Below, piece by piece: positions 53,901 to 64,000 of a stretch of DNA of 64,000 nucleotides; positions within the stretch are counted from its first letter, which is position 1, and each line of letters begins with the position of its first letter. Origin of the DNA: Epiperipatus broadwayi. Taxonomy: Eukaryota; Animalia; Onychophora. Below the pieces are notes generated by a model. The model did no database searches and was not told where the DNA came from. It saw nothing but the letters and a program-made list of their open reading frames with translations. The position numbers and the translations under genes were made by a program. The stretch lies in assembly GCA_028023455.1 (NCBI GenBank), contig JAQFVV010000002.1, forward strand, positions 14,446,001 to 14,510,000, written 5' to 3'.

Positions 53901-55584
53901 TGAAAATATTTTTTATTATTAAAGTTTGCAACATTCTGCCATATATCAGAATATTTGCCTTTTTAGCCACAATAAATTTTATGTCCCTGTAATTCTTTTA
54001 CAAAAATCTTTGATAACTCTTTTTGTGTTTTTTTTACAGTACTCAGCTGAAATGAATCTTATTGCTTGGAAAAAAAAACTGTATGTCTTATGGTATTAAT
54101 TAGATAACTATTTAGCAATTCATTAATATTATCTTTGTCTAATATAGGTTCCCCATTGCTGTGATTAAATTATAATAGTAAATTTTTTAAGCTATTGTAT
54201 AACTTTTAGTTTATATGCCATCCCATATGTTAACCAAATACCAAATACTAATAATTCAACAACTATATTATTCAAAAATATAATTACAAGTTTTAAAAGA
54301 TATACATTTATATAACTCATATGTATTTCAGATATATATATATATATATATAATAAAGGCTGAATTTCAAACATACAGAGGGCATTGATGAAGAAGCATA
54401 GTGTTTGGGAGAGTGATTTGAATATTTTGTATTTGCATTTTCAGCTTTTCCATTGGTATATATATATAAAATATTATAAATAGATACCTGTATTTCTTCA
54501 AAATAATATACGCAAATTTATAAATCAATATTTAAAAATACAGTATTTAAAAGCTTATATATATATATATTACACACACTTTTGCATATAAAATTATATG
54601 GAATGTTTATTTAAAATTTAAATATTTTCTTAAACTTGATATACTTATAGCATAGTTGTAGTCTAAAAAACAAATCTATGGTATAGCATGTGCAACTGGA
54701 AAAAAGTGCAGACAGCCAAATTTTGTTCATGATATTGGTGGTTAAAAAATTGAATTAAAAGAAAAATGTGTTAAATTGTTATTTGTTGTTTCTTTTGTGT
54801 ACATTGAATTTTTCTGATAGTAAAACAGTATGCAGGCCACATGATTTTTAAATCAGTGAATCCTGGTTGTAGTGTACCATGTAGTAAGTTAAAATCATAT
54901 TTTTTTCATTAATATATAAACACATCCCATAATTTAGTTTTTTTTCTTTATTATTTAGAAAATGATGTTCCTTTTCTATTTTATACTCACACATATTATA
55001 TACATGGCAAAGTAAAATACTTTTTCAATTTTTCTAAATATCTTATTTCATGATTAAATTTATTTTCCACTTATTAAATTATTTACCATATCATTAGAAA
55101 GCATTTTATGTCATTAGTATTTTCAAGTATATTATATTTATTCTATTGCACTTTTCAGTATCTATATTGTTCAACATTAGAATCAAAAATTATTGTTAGC
55201 AATCCTATTTTCATTTTTAGAAAAAAATATATCACAAATTATTTGAGCCAATAAGTAATGGATTGTTTTTTAAAAATTTTTTTCTCATATTTTATGTAAA
55301 TATTAAAAATAATTCAATCTATAGAATTTGCTTAACTTAAAACAATTTCTTAACTTTGAAGCAGTTACACGATGCTTAACCATAGATAGCAGATTATAAT
55401 ACTTTGAAATAAATTATTTTGATACTTTTATTTAGTTATTGTGAATGTTTAAAAACTTTCAGCATTCCCCAATATCTTTTCAGTCAGTGTGATTATTTAT
55501 AAATTGCTATAAAATTAGATCACTCTGAATGGATAGATAAGAGTGTGAATGGCTCTAAACCATATGATTGGAGTTATTATATTT

Positions 55585-55830
55585 AAATGGCTTTATTTCT
55601 TGAGAGTTCATAAAAAGTTCAGATGCCAGACATACTAGCATTGGAATCAATCCTATGATCCAAATACTCCAGAATCTGATACTCTACTACTGCACATAGG
55701 GCATGATAATTGAATGGATTTATTGCTTAGAAGTTCATAAGAAGTTTGATCACTAAATGCATCAAAACTGGAGTTGATCCAAGGATCATATATTCCAGAG
55801 TCAGACAATCTACTACTGCACTAAATTATG
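55585..55830. repeat. Two-unit tandem duplication, period ~130 bp
   Basis: agttcataa.aagtt...gatccaa...tccaga.tc.ga.a.tctactactgcac occurs twice. Confidence 0.7.
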
Positions 55831-56054
55831 CAGGGCACACAAGTGCTTTTTCAGGTTTGTTCTTATTGAACAGACAGAAGAATATTTATATAAAAAATAT
55901 AAATTCTGAATAGGATATAGATTATTACTATAGCTATACATATATCCAAGATGGCCTTCCACATGTTCAATAACATAACAACTAATGTCATTCAAACTAG
56001 AATAACTACATTCCAAAGAAAAGCTCCAAATGTGAGTTTATATAATATTAATAG

Positions 56055-56277
56055 ATTGAGACTGCAAATCTCTCAAGCGCTTATGACTATCACCAACCAA
56101 TCACATCGTAAGCACTGAGACAGAGAATTTAACAAGAAAAGGGTGGTTCCACTCTCTTCTTTACTTGTCAAAAAAGAGGGTGGAACCACCATTTTCTTGT
56201 TAAATACTCTGTCTCAGTGCTTATGATCTGATTGGTTAGTGATAGTCATAAGCACTTGAGAGATTTGCAATCTCAAT
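56055..56277. repeat. Near-perfect 223-bp hairpin (foldback/MITE-like)
   Basis: ~105-bp arms ATTGAGA...ACTCTCTT / AAGAGGGT...TCTCAAT with a short loop. No clear TSD. Confidence 0.85.
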
Positions 56278-56659
56278 TTAATTTCAATACCATCTGTGCT
56301 TTGTAAAATAAATATTATTTACATAATATTAGTAGATGTTGTTGAAATTAACCAATAAAAAGAGAAAAATAAAGCCATGACAAAAATATAAAATATCTAT
56401 TGATTTCATGGTTAAATTTTTTATGTGAATACAACTTTCAAAATATTAGATAGCTTTAAAGAGCAATCTTTGTTATTTAATCAATTGGGTCTTTTGTATA
56501 TTTCTGTGGCTTTTCTAATAAGTCTGAATTATAACTCATGTCACTAAAAGTAAAAAAAAATGTTTTATAAAATGGATTTAAAAAAAACTATATGCTAATT
56601 TTTAGCTAAAATTCCACAATGTAATCTGTTCACTGACAGAAAATGTAGAAAAAGAATAG

Positions 56660-57600
56660 ATCTGAATTAATCTTCAAAAAGCTTTATCTCCAGCCATGAG
56701 CATTACTGTTTCTTTTTGTGTTTGTCTGACTTGGAAAATTATTAGATGAAAAAAAATGGTTAAATTTATCATGTGTGCCAGCTAGAACTGCATTTTATTA
56801 GATTGAAAAAATGCATAGATTCAGCCTGGGTGCAACCTGAAAATATTCTACTGTAAAAGTGGATGAATTTAACTATGTACATTACTCTGAAAATATGTGG
56901 TAGTGGAAAAGGTTACAAGAAGAATAATCAACAGGCAAAAAATTAAAAATTACAACTACTAAAGAAGAACCTGAAAAAAATTATGGTAATCTAAGGTATA
57001 CCTTTACACTTATGGATTGTTTAAAAATAAATAATAATTAATGATAGTGAATAATTTTATTAGTATTTTTTTAAATTGAAACATGTTTTTTTTTCTTATT
57101 TTCCCTCTAAACTGCAATTGTATAAGATCTTTTCATTTTCATAAGAAAAAGAAAAGATGATTTAAACTAAATTAATTTTTTTATCTTTGAAATTGTTGTT
57201 TTGAAATTTTAATCATTGAAGAAAGGAAACAATTCTGTATAAAGATAATGTTGGTTAATTGAATTAGTAAGAACCACCAACAAGTTAATAGAGTAATGAG
57301 CCATGACTATGGGAACTTAGATTTTCCAAAAGTGCTCAGACTGCTAATTTAGAATTTTTAATTATATAGCTTTATTATATGTGCACAAAGCACAATTATA
57401 AAGTTAAATTAGAATTATCATATTATCATGTTATTTGTCAATTATCCTAATTATTTATTAGTTAATTTATTAAATAATTGATAAAAATAATAGTTTTAAT
57501 GTCTTTATTCTTTCAGCTATCTGTTCTCTGAATTTGCAGTGGGTGTGACTGATTTTCATTATTGCATAAGATTTTAGGAATTTGTAGATTCTTCTGTAAA
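56660..57600 (+). pseudogene. Probable protein-kinase pseudogene fragments
   Basis: VKFIM.QL, QPENILL (56833-56853) and LKICGSG (56887-56907, in the DFG position). A later ttctttcag-preceded block reads GCD*FSL. Very degenerate. Confidence 0.4.
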
Positions 57601-60007
57601 ATTATTTAAATTAAAATAGATTAAGCATATTCATCTATACTTTTTCTTGTTTATAGTCACAATCCCTAGGATCATTGCTTCCCAGCTAGTCATGAGCAAT
57701 AAGTTTATAAAGATGTAGAGGTTTATGTCTTTTTGGACAATCCTATAGTTCTCTGGATGGTGCAAAGATATCACCTTTAAAGTCCATTTGTTGCACTTTA
57801 TTTTTTTAATTACAAATAATTTATAGTGGGCCTGTACACTCATGTATTTCATGGTCTAAGTATTGATATTGATCAGTATGTTTCAGGATCTCAGCATTAT
57901 GTGCATGAATTACTGTATATCATATTCTAAGTTTGGCATTAACTATTAAATCTTGATGTTTTCCTGAAGGTTTGTAATAATGATATTTTAGTTGTATTTA
58001 TATATTGGACTATTTCCACTATTTTATTAAGTATTGAATGTTTTGTAAAAAATTTAACTTTATTTAAATATTCTAGTAATACCACACAGATTAATATATG
58101 CACATATTAATATGTGTGCTATTACTAACATTTGAATGTAATTGAAATATTTAAATAAAGTTAATTTTTTCTAAAGACATTCAATACTTAATAAGATATT
58201 GGAAATAGTTCAATATATAAATACAACTATTGAATCTCTTTTAAAATACAGTCATAATAGATGACTAATGATTGTTGATAAGTTTCATGTTTTATAAGAC
58301 TAATATTATAGTTTCCTTTTGTTATATTCATTCTTTTAAAAATCTAATGAATGAAAGTAGAATATTATTTTGATTTGTTCTGGAAAGAATATTTAATCCT
58401 GTTATAATTTGATAACAGGATTTTTTATTTCTTTATAAAATCTGGAAGACTTAATATGAATGAAAAAAGGTATCTACAAATTAGTCAGATTAAACAGTAA
58501 CACCTTACTATGATGAAATTCATATTATCAATGGATTTTAATGTTTTCATATTTTGTTGTAACTATGGCAAAAAAACAAATAAATTTAACTCTGTTATAC
58601 AAGTTAATCAAAAAACAAAAAGAAAGGCAAAATTACTTTACATAATGAAAACATTGATACTTTTTTCAAAGATCTATGAAACTTGCTAAAGTTGTGGTAC
58701 GTATTATATTGGTCACAGCAGCAAAAGAATTAATAAGCACACAGAAAGAAGAATCTTAAATTTAGATACAAGTATTGTCATTACTTTAATTACTGATTTT
58801 TGATTATATTTTCATTTCAGTAAAATACTCTTCATTTCCACAGGTAAGTGGATTGAAACTTCAAGTTTCTTTTTTAGAACATATCATTTATATACAACTG
58901 ATTTCTTTGTAAGTTGCTTTAAGGCAATAAACATTTATTTTATAAAGTGGTAACTTTTCATCAAGTTTCTATCATACACAGGTTATTATAAAACTTGATC
59001 TTTTGCTTAAGGTCATTTATGCTACTTCAGGAGATTTTTAGCATTATTTTAAACTTCTAATATTTATTAATGCTTATGGGCAGATGATAACTTCTTGGAT
59101 CTATTCTCCACATATCACTGAAAGGTAAATACACTTAACCAGTAAAAAGAACAATCTAAACCATTGGTCATATGTGACGATGCTTAATTTTAACTTTTAA
59201 AATTGTTAATGAAATAAAAACTTAAGGATGTTTATATATTGAAGCCTTATAAAGAGTCTAAAAATTAAATAAACTAAAATAAGTATGATAGAGCATATTA
59301 GATTAATTTATGTAGTAATTGACTGAAATAGGCCACAGCATGTTAGTATGTTCTGATGTGAAAATCAAGTTATTGTGATTAGCCTTTGCTATTATTATTT
59401 TCTGTAAGATACAATGTATGGATGTAAATAAAATCACGCAGTAATTAATTGTTTTGTTTATATGTAGCAAAAAGACAAAAAAGTCTTAATAATTAATAAA
59501 AAAGTTGGATCAGTTTTGAGAAGAGAATATTTAAAGAGTTAGTTTTTGTGGAAAATTGTATAAAATTTTTTATATATATAAAAAAACTATTTCAGTTTTT
59601 TTTCCCCATCACTACATAAATAATACTTTTTAATTATCACGCATTTTAATATTTTCTTAATTTATGAATAATTATTAACTAAGTTAAAATTTTTATTATT
59701 TTAATTGTTTTAAAAATATTATAGACGACAGTATAATAATAATTGACAAAAGTTATAATAAGGGAATTTTTACGTTACTGTTTATCGTTATTGTAGTTGA
59801 TCTAAAAAAAAGTGGTGAGTTTCAAAAGAAGTACAATTAACGACAAAGAGAATTTTAAGAGAAACTATTAAAAAAAGAAAAATATGAATTTTAAAAAAAC
59901 ATGAAAAATATTTTTTAAAAAATCCACCAACTCAATAAATTTCAAGATAGAATGCAGAAAAAAAAAATCAAGTTAAAGAATTTCTAGAAGAAAAAATGAA
60001 AAATGAG

Positions 60008-60301
60008 AAAGGTGAATAACTCCGTGTGTGTGTAAAATTAAAGTTTATATCTGTGCTAGAGATAATCTCTAGTTTCGAAAATGATTAGTAATAATCAGTA
60101 GTGTATTTATCTGAAATGGATGGCGTCAAAGTTGTGAGTGGAGGAAATTTGACAATAGTAAATGAAAATATAATAAGTATGGAAGTGTTTATTATATCTA
60201 TAAGATATTACACATGGGAAAGAGAAAGGTTAATAATTCCGTGTATGTAAAATAAATAAAACATCATCTGTGCTAGAGATAATCTCTAGTTTCGATAATG
60301 A
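60008..60301. repeat. Two-unit tandem repeat (period 217) containing the palindrome CTAGAGAT-A-ATCTCTAG
   Basis: ctgtgctagagataatctctagtttcga[a/t]aatgatt occurs at 60051 and 60268. The second unit is cut by the LINE tail. Confidence 0.75.
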
Positions 60302-63300
60302 TTTTTTTTTATTTAAAAAACTATATTTACATTTGATTCAGTACATACATCGTAACAATCATTACTTTAAAAATTAAATTAAGTTCAAATGTATCAAGTA
60401 AATTACATTATCTCCACCTTTCATTTAATCAGTGTTCTGTAAGTGCATTCAGCTCCACATTTCACACCTTGTAGGAACATAACCACCCCATACCAATAAA
60501 AACGTTTTTCTTGGCCAAAATTTCAAACCTTTATAAAACATGTCATCCCATTCTTTTTCCATTTTTTTTTTCCAATATATCTTCTTGTTATCAAAGATGA
60601 GAGCACACCTAGATATCCATATTGCTCTCATTACATGCACAATAACTATGGCATTATGAGGCTTGAATAAAACAATGTTTTCTTTAAATAAGAGTCTTAG
60701 ATTCACAATAGGCTTATGAAAGACCATAGATCTCAAATCACTAAAGGCTGTACATTCCTCCATCAGGTGAAGAAAGGTCTTGTCGGATCTGTTACAGCAT
60801 TTGCATAGAAATCCAGGCCCATTTTCAGCCTTTGGTTTAAAAAAGTGGTGGTTGGCAAAATTCCATTTATCAATCTGAAAATAAATTTCATAACAGACTG
60901 TGATGTACAAATAGATTGGAAATTTTTTAGAATTTTTTTTAATGAGGCATTGAGCCAGGAGTTTTCATTAGAAAGCTCTCTATTTTTTAGCTCTTTATAT
61001 TTTAAATTATCTAAGGTCTCTAAGTTTAGATCATCCTGGATATCCCTGTATGAAATCATCATATCATCAAAATAAGATACTCCATCCGACCCCAGGTTAG
61101 AATCTACATTAATATTCTGTGTTAGCGGCCTGAGCGAATTATCGTCAATGATCCTTAAATAAGCTCTTGCCTTAATGAAGCTCACCAATGACTTAAGGTC
61201 AATTAAATTGAGACCCCCTTCTCCAATCGGTAGCTGCATTATTTTAGTAGGTATCAGGCTATACTTCTTACCCCAAATATATTTTTTTGCCAATTGAATG
61301 ATCTTAAGACTAGTGGCATTAAAGATTTTCATCCATGGTCCATAGTAAGAGAGCACACCAACAGCAATAGCGTTAAAAACCTTTGCTCTGGTTGTTTCAT
61401 ACAATTTAAATGGGGAAAAGGCATTTATTTTAGTTTCGATGATTTTTACAACCAGTTTGTTCAAATGGGCACTCATTTTAGTTTTAGACAGATAGAGAGG
61501 CAACCCTAGAAAGGAGGAAGGCGTGCCCAAGAAGTCACATGGGATTCTCTTGGCAGTGGCCAATTGCCATGCAGACGACTTGGAAGCCTGAATATATGAG
61601 CCTGTAGAGATCTGAAATTTATTTAAAATGTTAAAGATTCTATGCACACTGGCCACATTCTCGAATATAATAATAACATCACCGACAAAGGCAGTGACAT
61701 GAACAAAGGCACCAAGCTGCGGTAAGAAAATCCCATTGGTTGAGGCTTCTATTTCCTTAATCATCGGATCCAGATAAACGGCAAAGAGGAGGGCTGCCAG
61801 AGGAGACCCCTGTGGGATCCCCCTTGATGGAACAAAGAAATTAGAATACCTTGCAAAGTTTTTAAGCGCTATTCTCCCGTTGGTCACATAATTGTTTGAT
61901 TGCTGTAATTAGACTCTCCTCACCTTCCACAAGTGGTGCCAATGAATTAGACAGAAATGACCAATCAACCACATCAAATGCAAATTTAAAGTCTATCTGT
62001 ATTGCAAAGAATTGAGTTAACTTATTACACCTGGCATATCTGATTGCATCCTGGATCTTCATAATTGCATCAGTTGCTCTCTTACCTTTAATAGCATAAT
62101 GAGCCACTGAAATTCTATTTTTTATTCTATTATGCAATTTCTTCAATATAATTCTAGCAAATATTTTTGAGTCAATGTCCTCAATAGTAATATTTCTCAG
62201 GTCATTTACATATGGGATGTGTATATTCCTATTCTTTTTTATACAAAAAAATATTCTGTTATTAATCATTGGCCAATCTATTGGTTGTGCACACAACTGA
62301 TTGTAATATTTTGCAAGCACTTCAATTATCAAGTAAGATATTGATTTATAAATTCTGGCAGGTATAGAATCATGAGCAGTAACTGTGTGATTTGATAGTC
62401 TAGTTATTTCCTCACTAATATCCAGATGTGAGATATACTGCTGATCCTTGGCCACCATCATCCTTGGCCAATGGTCTGAATTCCTTTCATCATTTCCCAT
62501 AGTGTTTTGCAGATTTTTATATATGTGCTGATCCACATGCATCCCTGACAAAACCTCTCCATTCTCAGTTTTGACACATGTGATACCTCTAGACTGAGGC
62601 ACGTACACCTTGGCATAGTTCAATGTTGGTTTTATGATGCAGGCAATATTAGGGAGTATCTTTCGTAATCTTATAGCATATATTTCTTCCTGCATTTTCT
62701 CATAGATGTCATTATATTCTTCCTGCAGGGAGTTGATCAATGAGCGATTATTAGATAGAGTAGTTAAAGAATGCAAGGTTTTAGCAATGTCATTTAAGCG
62801 GCATTTCATTTGATTTTGAGATAAATCCAGTTCCATTCCAGAAGAACAGACATCAGATATAAGTTTTTTCAATCTAATCCAAGCCACACATGGAGACAAG
62901 GCTGTTTGCTTAGTGAAGTAACAAGAAGCTACAATTAGATTCGATCTCTGATCACAGGTCAAATTTAATGAATTACTAATATTTTTTTTATGCTAAACTG
63001 GTAGCTACATTCTGGATCCCCATCATAGAGCCTTACCACCAACTTTACACGCAGGTGATCAGAGAAAGCAACAATTGAAGTATCAATTTCAACATCTTTT
63101 ATCTTAGATCTCGAAATGAAAAACAAATCAATCAGTGATGAGTAACGACTATTAAAAAAGGTAAAGGCATTTGCTCCATATTTACTTTGACATGGCAGCA
63201 CATCAATATCCTGCAACTTATTTTTTAGCTGAACTGGAATGTCCTGAAACGTGACATTAAAATCCCCTCCAATTATTACTATTCCTGGATGCAGAGTCAA

Positions 63301-64000
63301 GTGGAACTGCATCTCTTTAATAACTTTGGGCACCTCCCTTCCTCTATTTGTCGAAGAAATTGCTACAACATAGTGCATCTGTTCTTGCATTTGAAAAGAG
63401 ATTACTATGTGATTGATCTGCATACTTATGATCCGCACCTTATAAATTTTAGACTTTATATTAATTAGAATGGCAACACCTTGTGCCGGTCTAATGTTCT
63501 GCTTGTACAATAATAGACCTTTCCGTTTAATTTGATCGATAAACTGTTCAGGTGTGTTTACATTTATCTTTGTTTCTGTTAGAATAGCAATATCAAATTT
63601 TTGTGAAGCAAGATAATCAGTAAGCTTTAGTACCTTGTCATGGCTGTTGATGCTTCTAACATTAATGGTGACTATATTTAATGACTTATACATAGTGCGG
63701 ATCCAAAGATTTCATTGCCTTATACTACTATAGCCACTTTCATGACCACAATCATTCATATTAACACCAGTCTCATTATGGTATAGATTTACTATTTCCA
63801 GTTCCATTTCATTTTGGTTTAGTTTCTCTGTTTCAAGTTCTGACTCAGTTAAAGATGGGTGCCTTCCAGGGACATTTGACAGAAAATGTTCTATTTGCTT
63901 TTTTTTTTTTCCTTTACTTCAGTTTTCTCTATATCAGTTATTTCAACATGCTTATTATTATCATTATTAATTATGTTGTTTTCCGTTTTCTCTATATCAT
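60302..64000 (-). mobile_element. L1/Tx1-type LINE, family B, inactivated, running off the window edge
   Basis: APE (INVRSI, GGDFN, SDHL; 62965-63693), RT (DFKFAFD, QGSPLA, catalytic motif changed to FVGD), C-terminal CKCC..H..EC and a poly(A) tail at 60302-60310. Three frameshifts. Confidence 0.92.

Noticed and set aside
60051-60105. Hammerhead reading of the CTAGAG palindrome on the minus strand
   Set aside because: G8 and U16.1 are missing and there is no stem II.

Overview
This is very AT-rich eukaryotic DNA, most likely an invertebrate animal (inferred from the transposon families, a YLPM1-like fragment and tRNA-Gly similarity; the species cannot be determined). I can support no intact host gene; the window is mostly nested, decaying mobile elements. 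Main contents: (1) a full-length, inactivated Ty3/Gypsy LTR retrotransposon at 1729-6659; (2) two different L1/Tx1-type LINEs plus a near-identical 5'-truncated copy of one; (3) four RTE-type LINE fragments; (4) a hAT transposase remnant and a hAT MITE; (5) two tRNA-derived SINE families, five copies in all; (6) an unclassified 2.5-kb TG...CA element inserted into the T-loop (B-box) of one SINE; (7) pseudogene fragments, YLPM1-like and probably a kinase. The most striking pattern is three separate outward-facing palindromes, each with a minimal type I hammerhead ribozyme motif in both arms. One is clearly Penelope-like (GIY-YIG remnant); the other two are assigned by the hammerhead motif alone. 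The smallest (18223-18543) has two apparently intact hammerheads. CpG-type decay recurs in the Gypsy stop codons and in the hammerhead cores. All protein and family assignments come from motif recognition by eye; no searches were run.
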